Below are positions 1-8,837 of a stretch of 64,000 bases of DNA, piece after piece. A program made the position numbers and the translations under genes. Under the pieces are notes generated by a model, which saw only the letters and a program-made list of their open reading frames with translations, ran no database searches and was not told the origin of the DNA. Within the stretch, counting starts at the first letter, position 1; every line of letters begins with the position of its first letter. This stretch comes from Limisphaerales bacterium (lineage in GTDB: Bacteria > Patescibacteriota > JACMRA01). The DNA is taken from assembly GCA_044361365.1 (NCBI GenBank), contig JBIKIW010000002.1, forward strand, positions 137-64,136. The letters run 5' to 3'.

Positions 1-1110
1 GCTGTTATAGTTACACCTCCTTTGTCAGTATAAGTTTCAGTTGCTATTCCTAATCTTAGTAAGATATTTCTAGCAACATCAGATGTAGTGGAGTTGGTGT
101 CTGATGGGATGTTGTTACATGTTAAAGTGGTGCTGGTATCGGTTACTGCTGCACAACTTGCTGGAGTAGTGGCTACTGCTGTAGTGTTGTTACCAGTGGA
201 TGTTGTAGCTCTAAAATTACTGGTAGCTGGGAATTTGTATCCTGCTTTTAGGGCGAAGGTACAGTTGTAAGTTGCTCCTGAAGCGACAGTTTTGTTGGTG
301 CAGTCTTCTAGGGCTAAGTTTAGGTTGTCGTTGGTTACGGTAATTAAACTAGTATTTACACTTACATCTCCTTTGTCAGTGTAGTTTCCTGTGGTGCCAA
401 GTCTAAGTAAGATTTCTCTGTTTCCACTATTAGTTCCTGCTGGGATATCGTTACAAGTTAGGTTTCCAGTGGTAGCATCTGCTGTATAAGTACAGTTTGG
501 AGAAGTTGTACCTTCTGTGGTTCCATTATCTGTTGTAGAGGTAGCTGCTTTAAAGTCTCCTGTAGTTGGGAATTTGTATCCTGCTTTTAGAGCGAAGGTG
601 CAGTCATATGCTATACCTGAGTCGGTAGTTTTGTTGGTACAATTTTCAAGGGCATCTGTTAGATTGTCGTTGGTGACGGTGATGAGGTTAGTGGTTACAT
701 TTACATTTCCTTTGTCGGTGTATTCTTCAGTTCCTGTGCCTAATCTTAATAGAATATTTCTATTAGAATCACTGGTTAAACCTGAAGGTGTTGGAATACT
801 GTTACAAGTTAAATTACCTGTAGTTGCATTTGCAGTGTATGTACAATTTGCTGGTGTAATTCCTGATTGAGCAGTAATTCCTGTATCATTAGTAGCTGTA
901 GTAGATTGGAAGTTACCAGTTGCTGGGAATTTGTAGCCATTTACCAGAGCAAAAGTACAATTGTAAGAACTAGCTGTTACCACGGTTTTGTTTGTACAGT
1001 CTGCTAAAGCATCTTTTAGGTTTGCGTTGGTGACTGTGATTAAAGAGGGTGTTACAGTAATCCCTAAGTTTCCACCTTTGTCTGTAGTAATTTCTTTAGA
1101 GGTGTCTATC
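1..1110 (-). repeat. In-frame tandem coding repeats, period about 340-357 bp (about 3.3 units), encoding Cys-containing modules of about 115 aa
   Basis: The anchor motif aatttgtatcctgcttttag / aatttgtagccatttaccag recurs at 232, 571 and 928. Each unit encodes LITVTN(D/A)NL..AL..CTNKT...Y(N/D)CTFAL(K/V)(A/N)GYKFP.TG.F ... CTYTA.ATTGNLTCN.IP ... ILLRLG...YTDKG.V.V. Confidence 0.75.
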
Positions 1111-2252
1111 CCACCTGTAGTTGGACCAACATTTACAGGGTTACAAGTTTGAGTCGTAGAGGTTCCTGATAGATTACAATCAGCTTGTCCTCCACCAGTG
1201 TTTACGGTGATTATTACTTTTCCAGTGTAAGGTACTCCTGCTGGAGCTCCTTTAACCGTAATAGTACAGTTGGCATTGGTGTTTTCAGTATAGTTTGTTT
1301 TATCACAAGTTATACCTGTTACATCTCCGTTGTTGGGGGTGTAGGTTACTTCTGTTGTCTGAGTCAATGTTTTAGAACAAGTATTTGAATTTACTCCATC
1401 ACTTGTGTATCCACCAGAAGAGCAGGTTGCATCCACTAAAACTGTTGTTGGTGTGATTATTTGGCTAGCTGAATAGGAAAAGCCTCCATAAACACGAGAT
1501 AGTAAAACGCCAAATAAATTATTACCATTTGGGCTTACACCACTAGCACATATTCTATAGCCTCCAGATTCAATTATGTAGTTTGCATATGGAGGTACGG
1601 GATTTGTGCCTATTTGAGTTATGCCACAATACTGAGAGCCTCCAAATCCATAAATTATAGCCCCCTGATCTTCCTGATAACATCCACTACCAAATCCTAC
1701 AATTGTAAATCTTGGAGAGCTACAATCAATTACAAGAGTAGGAACCCCGGGTGAGGATTGGCCAAAAACAGGGCTGCCCATACCTGAAACACAGTTATTC
1801 GAGACATCTTTTACCCCACCAAAAAGTCTACCTGTATTGTTAAAGTTTGACTGTGTAGCTTGGTTATATTCAGTTGGACAAAAATAGCCAGTAACAGTGT
1901 TTTGTGTTATTGAACATTTGCCATTGACTGGTACTGAGCTATCTGCACAAATTTTATTTATTGTCTCAGTTTTTACACATGTTGCACCACTAGCTGTAAA
2001 ACCATTTGCCGTATCGCAATTCAATCCGGCACTGGCATTATCGGTATTATTTCTTTGAATTTGAAAATAAGCTAAACTTCCACCAACAAGCAGTACTAAT
2101 ACTAAAGCAAAACTAATTATTATTGTCTGGTATTTTTTAAATAATTTAGAGAAATTTGATTTTTTATTACCAATATCTTTAGGTTTTAAAATTTGGTTTT
2201 GAGTTGTGGTATTATCTACAACTTTAGTTGATTCTAATGGTTTTTTTGCCAT
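1..2252 (-). CDS. Large cell-surface repeat protein, partial (C-terminus runs off the left edge of the window)
   Basis: ATG at 2252 (plus strand ...gccat). Hand translation gives MAKKPLESTKVVDNTTTQNQILKPKDIGNKKSNFSKLFKKYQTIIISFALVLVLLVGGSLAYF (N-terminal TM anchor) and stays open down to position 1. It is absent from the ORF track only because no stop lies inside the window. Plus-strand ORFs 88-270, 517-870 and 1185-1388 are antisense shadows of it. Confidence 0.7.
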   Translation of the reverse strand, partial: MAKKPLESTKVVDNTTTQNQILKPKDIGNKKSNFSKLFKKYQTIIISFALVLVLLVGGSLAYFQIQRNNTDNASAGLNCDTANGFTASGATCVKTETINKICADSSVPVNGKCSITQNTVTGYFCPTEYNQATQSNFNNTGRLFGGVKDVSNNCVSGMGSPVFGQSSPGVPTLVIDCSSPRFTIVGFGSGCYQEDQGAIIYGFGGSQYCGITQIGTNPVPPYANYIIESGGYRICASGVSPNGNNLFGVLLSRVYGGFSYSASQIITPTTVLVDATCSSGGYTSDGVNSNTCSKTLTQTTEVTYTPNNGDVTGITCDKTNYTENTNANCTITVKGAPAGVPYTGKVIITVNTGGGQADCNLSGTSTTQTCNPVNVGPTTGGIDTSKEITTDKGGNLGITVTPSLITVTNANLKDALADCTNKTVVTASSYNCTFALVNGYKFPATGNFQSTTATNDTGITAQSGITPANCTYTANATTGNLTCNSIPTPSGLTSDSNRNILLRLGTGTEEYTDKGNVNVTTNLITVTNDNLTDALENCTNKTTDSGIAYDCTFALKAGYKFPTTGDFKAATSTTDNGTTEGTTSPNCTYTADATTGNLTCNDIPAGTNSGNREILLRLGTTGNYTDKGDVSVNTSLITVTNDNLNLALEDCTNKTVASGATYNCTFALKAGYKFPATSNFRATTSTGNNTTAVATTPASCAAVTDTSTTLTCNNIPSDTNSTTSDVARNILLRLGIATETYTDKGGVTIT

Positions 2253-2447
2253 ATTTTTGTGTTTGTTTTTGTGTTTTAATTGTAAATTCTAGATCAGAGA
2301 ATGGATGTATTTTGACTTAGTTTTTAGGAGTTAGCAAGGTTGTATTGGTGGAATTTTACTAACTCTGAAACTCCCTATACTCTAAAAATCAAACTAGCTT
2401 TACAATTTAAAGATTTTAAAAGTAGATTCTAAAATTAACTTGTTTAT

Positions 2448-3353
2448 ATGTTTGCTATCGATATTAAAGGCCTACAAAAAACTTATGAGGGCGGAACTCA
2501 GGCACTCAAAGGAGTCGACCTTGAAGTGAAACAAGGAGATTTTTTTGCATTGCTAGGTGCCAACGGTGCTGGGAAAACCACAATTATTGGTATTTTAACC
2601 GGTTTGGTAAACAAAACTAAAGGAAATGTTCGGGTTTTTGGGTTTGATCTGGATACTGAAATCAATGATGTAAAAAGACAAATTGGAGTTGTTCCTCAAG
2701 AGTTTAATTTTGGGATGTTTGAAAAAGTTATCGACATCGTGGTAAATGCGGCTGGGTATTATGGGATCCCTAGAGAAGAAGCAATTCCTAGAGCCAACGA
2801 AATTCTAGATAAGCTTGGTTTATCTGAGAAAAAAGACACTCAAGCTAGAAATTTATCTGGTGGAATGAAGCGAAGGTTGATGATTGCTAGGGGTTTGATG
2901 CATAAGCCAAAACTTTTGATTTTAGACGAGCCAACTGCTGGGGTTGATGTGGAATTACGACATGGAATGTGGGAATATCTAAACGAATTAAACAAAAATG
3001 GAACGACTATTTTACTAACTACACACTATTTGGAAGAGGTAGAGCAACTTTGCCAAAATGCTGCCATCATTAAAGAAGGAAAAATTATCAAAAATGATTC
3101 AGTAAAAAATTTGTTACGGGCTATGGATTCTGAAAGCTATCTTTTAGATGTCAACGGCTTGCCTAAAAAGCTCGAAGTAAAAGGTTTTAAACCGACAATC
3201 CTAGACTCACATACAATCTCTGTAGAAATTTCTAAAAAGCAAAGTCTAAATCAATTTTTTGCAGAACTAAGCAAACAACAAATCGAAATTTTAGCTGTTA
3301 GACCCAAAGGAAACCGTTTGGAAGAGCTATTTTTAAACATTTTAAAAAAATAA
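2448..3353 (+). CDS. ABC transporter ATP-binding protein (ABC-2/DrrA-like exporter)
   Basis: Walker A GANGAGKTT, signature LSGGMKRRL, Walker B LLILDEPTAGVD, H-loop TTHYLEE. Confidence 0.9.
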   Translation: MFAIDIKGLQKTYEGGTQALKGVDLEVKQGDFFALLGANGAGKTTIIGILTGLVNKTKGNVRVFGFDLDTEINDVKRQIGVVPQEFNFGMFEKVIDIVVNAAGYYGIPREEAIPRANEILDKLGLSEKKDTQARNLSGGMKRRLMIARGLMHKPKLLILDEPTAGVDVELRHGMWEYLNELNKNGTTILLTTHYLEEVEQLCQNAAIIKEGKIIKNDSVKNLLRAMDSESYLLDVNGLPKKLEVKGFKPTILDSHTISVEISKKQSLNQFFAELSKQQIEILAVRPKGNRLEELFLNILKK

Positions 3354-3380
3354 TTACAAACCAATTTATACTCACATTTT

Positions 3381-4163
3381 ATGACTAATTTATCTCGCTA
3401 TTGGGTTCCTTTTATCACTCTAACCCGCAAAGAAGTTGATCGTTTCACTAGAATTTGGAGTCAAACTTTACTACCACCTGTAATCACACAAAGTTTGTAT
3501 TTTATAATTTTTGGTGGTTTTATTGGATCGAGAGTGGGAGAAATTGATGGTGTCTCCTATATGGGATTTATCGTACCAGGTTTGGTTATGATGTCTATTA
3601 TTACAGCTAGTTATACTAACGCAGTAAGTTCGTTTTTTCAATCTAAGTTTCAGAGAAATGTTGAAGAGTTGCTAGTTTCTCCAACCCCAAATTGGGTAAT
3701 CATAGCGGGCTATACTTTCGGGTCAGTTTTAAGGGGAGTTTTAGTTGGTTTAATTGTATTTGTGGTTTCATTTTTGTTTGTCAGTCCCCAAATTGATAAC
3801 ATTTTTATTATAATGGTTTTTGGTCTCCTTACAGCTATTGTTTTTTCACTTGCGGGTCTTTTGAACGGAATTTATGCTAAAAAGTTTGATGATGTTAGCA
3901 TTTTCCCAACCTTTATTTTAACTCCACTAACTTACCTCGGTGGCGTATTTTATTCGATCAGACAACTTCCAGATATTTGGCAAAAAGTGTCTTTAGCCAA
4001 CCCAATTTTGTATATGGTAAATGGTTTTAGGTATGGATTTTATGGAGCATCTTTTACGGATGTAAATATTTGGGTAAGTTTTTTGATGTTGGTAATATCA
4101 GCAGTGATTTTGGTGGCAATAAATCTTAGACTTTTGAGCAAAGGGACTGGTTTGAGATCGTAG
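3381..4163 (+). CDS. ABC-2 type transporter permease
   Basis: Lies 28 nt downstream of the ATPase. About 6 predicted TM helices; length and layout typical of ABC-2 permeases. Confidence 0.8.
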   Translation: MTNLSRYWVPFITLTRKEVDRFTRIWSQTLLPPVITQSLYFIIFGGFIGSRVGEIDGVSYMGFIVPGLVMMSIITASYTNAVSSFFQSKFQRNVEELLVSPTPNWVIIAGYTFGSVLRGVLVGLIVFVVSFLFVSPQIDNIFIIMVFGLLTAIVFSLAGLLNGIYAKKFDDVSIFPTFILTPLTYLGGVFYSIRQLPDIWQKVSLANPILYMVNGFRYGFYGASFTDVNIWVSFLMLVISAVILVAINLRLLSKGTGLRS

Positions 4164-4185
4164 AAGTACTTTTTATAGAAATAGG

Positions 4186-4749
4186 TTAACTTTGAGGCAA
4201 TTCTAAACCAATTAACTCATCTAAATGGGGCAATTCTTCAAAATAAATTCCGTATTCCTCTATTATCTTTTTAAAAACTAAATAAATTAATCGCCTTTGT
4301 TTAGGGTTAAGTATTTCACTTTTATAATTAGGTAGTTTATGAGGCATCGCAAAATAATTATTTTTAGGATGTTTTATCATACAGCAAGTAAGGTAATAAG
4401 AATAATCGAAATCTTCACCAAGCGATTTTTCAAAAAGGTATTCAAGCCTTTTACGCATTTTCTTTCTAATCTTTATTCTATACTCAAGATCATTTTCAAA
4501 TCTTTCTTTTTCAAGGCTTTTTTTAAATGAAACTAGAAAACCTACAATCGAACCGTGCTTATCTTTTTCTATAAGAAATTCTTTAGGAGGTGTGCATTTA
4601 AATACAAACCAAACCATCAAAGCAACAATTGAGCCGTAACTACTTTTTTTCTCTATAAAATTTTCTCGAATTTGGGAATTTTCCATAACATTTTTTAAAA
4701 ATTTACCTACCTTTTTCCATAAATTTAGTTTTCGGGCAATCAATTTCAC
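4186..4749 (-). CDS. Hypothetical protein (Lys-rich, internal duplicated segment HGSIV/YGSIV)
   Basis: Long ORF in a convergent position; no recognisable motif. Confidence 0.4.
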   Translation of the reverse strand: MKLIARKLNLWKKVGKFLKNVMENSQIRENFIEKKSSYGSIVALMVWFVFKCTPPKEFLIEKDKHGSIVGFLVSFKKSLEKERFENDLEYRIKIRKKMRKRLEYLFEKSLGEDFDYSYYLTCCMIKHPKNNYFAMPHKLPNYKSEILNPKQRRLIYLVFKKIIEEYGIYFEELPHLDELIGLELPQS

Positions 4750-4789
4750 CTTCTTTGACAGTAAAGGGCTTTATTTGTAGGAAATTATT

Positions 4790-6157
4790 ATGCTTAAACC
4801 TACTACTTTAAAAAACGGACTTACCGTTCTTCGAATTCCTAGAGCGAGTTCAAAATCGACCTTGATTGGCTATGTTACCACTTCTGGTTCCAGTATGGAA
4901 GAAGGTTATTTCCCCCAAGGAATCAGTCATTTGGTTGAAAGATTGTTTTGGTGTGGTACAGATAAACATCCATCTACTCGTAATTTGAATTTAAGCCTTG
5001 AAAGCATGGGTGGAAACTTCACGAGTCTTACTTCTCACGAGCTTACTGCGCTTTACCTCACAGTACCAGACTACCATCAATTTAAGGGGGTTTCTTTACT
5101 TTCTGAAATTATCCAAAGATCATATTTTGACGCTAGAGATATTGAAAAAGAAAAAAAATCCATGATTGAGTATCTTAAAAATCACTCAGAAAATGCCGAA
5201 ATGGAGGCCTCTTTTTTATCAATGTCCAACCTTTATGCAAATTCAAGTTACGGACTTCCTGTTTATGGAAGCATTGATTCGGTAAGCAATATCACCCAAG
5301 AAAATGTTTTGGAATACCTAGCTCATCAGTATCGCCCTGATAAAAGCTGCTTGGTGATTGCTGGTAGTTTTGAAAACAAAGCTCTGATGGAATTAATTGA
5401 TCAAGAATGGGGTGTTTGGAGCCCTCGTACCAAAAAATTTATCGAACCTATGGATTTTCAACCAGAAGATGTTGGGCAATTACCAAGGTTGGTTTATAGG
5501 CAAAGAGGGATTAGCCAAACTCAACTTACGGTAAACTTTTTACTTGATGACGGCATGAGGCCAAAAGCACTTTTAGAACAAGAAAAATCTGAAAAGCCTG
5601 TAGAGGTTGATTACAAAAAAGTACTAGAAGAATATCTCAAAAAACAAGCTAACATTTTGGTTTTAAACACTCTTTTAGGCCAGGGTTTATCTTCAAGATT
5701 ATGGACTAAAACAGTCGAGGAGGAAATGCTTTTTAATAGTATTCAAAGTGAGATTTTTAAGTTTAAATCTACTGGATTTTTGCAAATTTTTGGTCGAATT
5801 GAAAACAGTCAATTTTCGTTTGGATTGGAGAGTGTGTTATCAGTTTTGGAAGCCTTCAAAAAAACCACAGTTTCTATAAACGAGTTAGCCAAAGCTCGCG
5901 AGTACCTCAAGGGTAGGCTAATTATGGATCAAGAAGACTTGGTTTCAGCTGCTTTTTGGCAATTGGAACATTTAATTGGAACTGGTTTGGTGTTTGAACC
6001 GGAAGATTTAATAGCTAAAATTGAAAAAGTGGAAGCTCCGCAAATCCGCACTTTAGCAAACAGTCTTTTTGTGTCTGAAAAAATGGCAATCACTACTCTT
6101 GGACCAGCCAAAGAAACTAGATTGGTTGAAAAATTAATCAAAAAATATTTGGGTTAG
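4790..6157 (+). CDS. M16 (pitrilysin/insulinase) family peptidase-like protein, probably non-catalytic
   Basis: N-terminal LKNGLTVL...GISHLVERLFW aligns with the M16 HxxEH zinc motif but reads HxxER. Two-domain length of about 450 aa. Confidence 0.7.
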   Translation: MLKPTTLKNGLTVLRIPRASSKSTLIGYVTTSGSSMEEGYFPQGISHLVERLFWCGTDKHPSTRNLNLSLESMGGNFTSLTSHELTALYLTVPDYHQFKGVSLLSEIIQRSYFDARDIEKEKKSMIEYLKNHSENAEMEASFLSMSNLYANSSYGLPVYGSIDSVSNITQENVLEYLAHQYRPDKSCLVIAGSFENKALMELIDQEWGVWSPRTKKFIEPMDFQPEDVGQLPRLVYRQRGISQTQLTVNFLLDDGMRPKALLEQEKSEKPVEVDYKKVLEEYLKKQANILVLNTLLGQGLSSRLWTKTVEEEMLFNSIQSEIFKFKSTGFLQIFGRIENSQFSFGLESVLSVLEAFKKTTVSINELAKAREYLKGRLIMDQEDLVSAAFWQLEHLIGTGLVFEPEDLIAKIEKVEAPQIRTLANSLFVSEKMAITTLGPAKETRLVEKLIKKYLG

Positions 6158-6221
6158 TTCTAGATTTAGTCGGGTTTAGAAGGCGTATTAGGCATTGAAC
6201 CAAAACTTTTTAGAGAGTCAA

Positions 6222-6544
6222 AGCTAAATCATATTTAAAATAGATAACGAAGGCGAGGACTGTCTGAGCTTTAAAGCCTTTATAGAACCCATTTGAAAAT
6301 TAATTAGAACAAAAAGCCATTAAATAGTTTTTCCCTGACAAGGGGAATGTCCGAAGGACAAGGGGTTTTATGGAAATTTAAAGTGACGATAAAACCCACA
6401 GTCCCGTTGGGACAGCTCCCTTATCAGGGAGCAACTGACAACTTTTGGCTTAAATTAGGCAAAATAAATTGAATAGGTTCTATAAATTAGAAATGTATGA
6501 TACGAGATTCACAGACAAGTGTCTAGTTTAATAGTGGTTTGGCT
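6222..6544 (+). mobile_element. MITE-like element, family B, copy 1, interrupted by a family A element
   Basis: agctaaatcatatttaaaatagataacgaaggcgaggactgtctgagctttaaagcctt ... aattagaaatgtatgatacgagattcacagacaagtgtctagtttaatagtggtttggct is collinear with the uninterrupted copy at 62249-62368. Confidence 0.7.
6281..6484 (+). mobile_element. MITE-like element, family A, copy 1 (about 205 bp, terminal inverted repeats, long internal imperfect palindrome)
   Basis: Termini tatagaacccatttgaaaa / aattgaataggttctata. Near-identical to 44366-44571. The core ccctgacaaggggaatgtccgaaggacaaggggtt is roughly the reverse complement of aacccacagtcccgttgggacagctcccttatcaggg. Confidence 0.75.
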
Positions 6545-6730
6545 ATAAATAATTTTTTGGTAGCATTAAATTAAGAATATTAGACCCGCCTTCATCATCT
6601 AAGCAAGCGAAGATTTCGAGTTCCGGCAACAAGCTTTGGACAAACATCAACATGAGATATTTGGTTTAAAATAGTCACTTTTTTGACGAAAAATAATAAT
6701 TTCAGTTGAGTCTAAGATGAAAGAACTATC

Positions 6731-7480
6731 ATGTCTCAAGAACAACTTCCACAGATAATCATTCTGTACGGACCTCCAGCTGCTGGAAAAGGAACTCAAG
6801 CTCATTTTTTGAGGCAAAAACTGCCAAATTACTACCACTTAGATTTTGGCTCAGAACTACGAAAATTTGTAGCTGATAATTTAGGTGATTATACTTCTGC
6901 TGACGAAACTGTAGTCGATAAAAATATTAAACCTGAAATTTTGGAAGTTGCTAGACGAATTAAAAAAGACATGAAAGATAGCTTGCCAGTTCAAACTCCT
7001 GACCTGAGATTTGTGATTGAAAAAACCATCTCTGATTGTGTAGCTAGAAAACAAGGAATGATTATTGAAGGACCTGGAAGATTGATTGAAGAAGCAAAAT
7101 GGTTATCTGGATTTTTAGCTGAAAAAAGTGTGGAAGTTTGTATTTTTCACCTATACATTTCTTTAGATGAAGTTTTAGAAAGATCCTCAACTAGATATTA
7201 TCTGCTAAGCACCAAAAAACCTTTTAGATCACTAGAAGAAGCTGAAAGTGAAGCTGTGAATAATGAAAAACCTTTCCGCAGACCAGAAGATTTGGACCAA
7301 GAAGGCACCAAACAAAGATACAGATTATTGTATTCCGATAATTTCGCTAGAATTATTAGTATCTACCAACTTCAAGCTAAATCTTTAGTTTTCACCATCG
7401 ACGCTTCCCAAGAAATAGCCGGAGTTTCTGGAGATATTTTAAACTATTTTGAAAGATTTTTTGGGGTTAGTTTGAGCTAA
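6731..7480 (+). CDS. adk: Adenylate kinase family protein (long variant)
   Basis: P-loop ILYGPPAAGKGTQAHFL matches the adenylate kinase GPPGAGKGTQ signature. At 249 aa it is longer than typical Adk. Confidence 0.6.
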   Translation: MSQEQLPQIIILYGPPAAGKGTQAHFLRQKLPNYYHLDFGSELRKFVADNLGDYTSADETVVDKNIKPEILEVARRIKKDMKDSLPVQTPDLRFVIEKTISDCVARKQGMIIEGPGRLIEEAKWLSGFLAEKSVEVCIFHLYISLDEVLERSSTRYYLLSTKKPFRSLEEAESEAVNNEKPFRRPEDLDQEGTKQRYRLLYSDNFARIISIYQLQAKSLVFTIDASQEIAGVSGDILNYFERFFGVSLS

Positions 7481-7514
7481 AAATTTACCGATTACTTTAC
7501 TTCATATTACTGTC

Positions 7515-7541
7515 ACCCTGAATTTATTTCAGGGTCTTTTT
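7515..7541 (+). terminator. Intrinsic terminator downstream of the adk-like gene
   Basis: Stem accctgaa / ttcagggt (8 bp), loop tttat, then cttttt. Confidence 0.7.
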
Positions 7542-7542
7542 G

Positions 7543-7725
7543 TAGATTCTATAATTGTCTTACCCAAACTAAGTTGAAGTTGTTCCCTGATAAGGGAGCT
7601 GGCACGAAGTGGTTGAGGGTTTGATCTCACTTCAAATTACCACAAAACCCTTGTCCTGTGGACACTCTCCTTGGAAGTAGAAAAACTATTTAATTGTTAT
7701 TAACTTTCAAATGGGGTTGCAGCTC
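7543..7725 (-). mobile_element. MITE-like element, family A, copy 2 (diverged, opposite orientation)
   Basis: ccctgataagggagctggcacgaagtgg...cacaaaacccttgtcctgtggacactctccttgg...aaaaactatttaattg...tttcaaatggggtt is collinear with the reverse complement of copy 1. It ends within 3 nt of the mvk stop codon. Confidence 0.55.
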
Positions 7726-8682
7726 CTAAACTTCCTTTTTCAAGCCCTCTTTGGAAATGCTAAGCGGAAAATATGGGATCATTTTATTATTCAAATAATT
7801 CACCAAACCCAGTTTAGTTTTTTTGTTACCTTCACACCAAAATAAAATATAACCAGATCCTTCCAAAATTCCTCCCGCTCCAATAATTTTACCAGTTCCA
7901 AATTGTTTTAGCCCTTGCAAAAATAATCTAGTTTTTTCAGAAACAACCCCAAGTTTTTGGAGTAATTTTTGATTATGATCGATTACATGTTTGATTCCAT
8001 CAGCATTGTTTTCAGACAAAGCAGTAGTCAAAGCCTTGGTGGTTTTACCCATGTCACGGATCATTTTTTTGTACATGGCGGGATTATCTTCCATGGCAAA
8101 TTTAACTAGTTCGACCATAAATTTGGTAGTTTCTTTTCTGTCTCCACTATCGATCAAGAAAAATCTATCCTGAATTTCTGGGCTGATTTCAAAGGGTAAT
8201 TTTTCTACTACTTTTAGAAACTCAAACTCCTTTCTAAACCACACAAAACCTCCAAAACTAGAAGCTGAATTGTCCGCTCCAGAAGGTTTACCATGAAAAT
8301 TTACTTCGGATTGATAAGCTAGATGATTTACAATATTTACATCAAAAACTTTTCCTCCGAAAAACTCCAAAAATGCTGCTACCGCTGCTACAGACAAAGC
8401 CGCTGAAGAGCCAAAACCACGGCTCATTGGGATATTTGAATCGATATGGTAAGCAAAAGTTTTATCTTCAAAAGAAATATTTTGAGAAGCCAAGTAATCT
8501 TTTACAATCTCAACTATCTGACCAAGTCTTGGATCTTCAAATTTGAATTGTTTGGAACTACTTTCGACTGTGAATTTGAGACGAAGATCTATAGCTGCAA
8601 GAATGGCAGGCTCTCCCCAAACCACACTGTGTTCACCGCTAAAAATAACCTTACCTGGAGCTGAATAGCAAATTTTGGACAT
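7726..8682 (-). CDS. mvk: Mevalonate kinase (GHMP kinase family)
   Basis: MSKICYSAPGKVIFSGEHSVVWGEPAILAAID and the GHMP motif PMSRGFGSSAALSVAAVAA. Start moved to the ATG at 8682 because the track start at 8808 would run through the tRNA gene. Confidence 0.8.
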   Translation of the reverse strand: MSKICYSAPGKVIFSGEHSVVWGEPAILAAIDLRLKFTVESSSKQFKFEDPRLGQIVEIVKDYLASQNISFEDKTFAYHIDSNIPMSRGFGSSAALSVAAVAAFLEFFGGKVFDVNIVNHLAYQSEVNFHGKPSGADNSASSFGGFVWFRKEFEFLKVVEKLPFEISPEIQDRFFLIDSGDRKETTKFMVELVKFAMEDNPAMYKKMIRDMGKTTKALTTALSENNADGIKHVIDHNQKLLQKLGVVSEKTRLFLQGLKQFGTGKIIGAGGILEGSGYILFWCEGNKKTKLGLVNYLNNKMIPYFPLSISKEGLKKEV

Positions 8683-8762
8683 AATAAAGCTAAACCTACG
8701 AGGCAAATCCATTTTGGTCAACTTGACATTTTGGCTGTAATTAACTGAATTTAAAAATGAAA

Positions 8763-8837
8763 TCGGGGATCGTCTAGTTGGTAGGACAACGGGTTCTGGT
8801 TCCGTCAACTGGGGTTCGAATCCCTATCCCCGAACCA
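8763..8837 (+). tRNA. tRNA-Gln (anticodon CUG), CCA encoded
   Basis: Hand-folded cloverleaf. Acceptor tcgggga/tccccga (U1-A72, as in bacterial tRNA-Gln). D arm gtct-agttggta-ggac. Anticodon arm acggg-ttCTGgt-tccgt. T arm tgggg-ttcgaat-cccta. Discriminator A plus CCA. Confidence 0.85.

Noticed and set aside
88-1388. Plus-strand ORFs 88-270, 517-870 and 1185-1388.
   Set aside because: They are antisense shadows of the long minus-strand repeat-protein ORF. Their translations are low-complexity Val/Leu-rich strings that repeat with the DNA repeat.
7726-8808. Full-length 360-aa version of the mevalonate kinase ORF, starting at 8808.
   Set aside because: The first 42 codons run through the tRNA-Gln gene (8763-8837) and the intergenic sequence. 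The conserved kinase N-terminus (APGKVIFSGEHSVV) begins right after the ATG at 8682.
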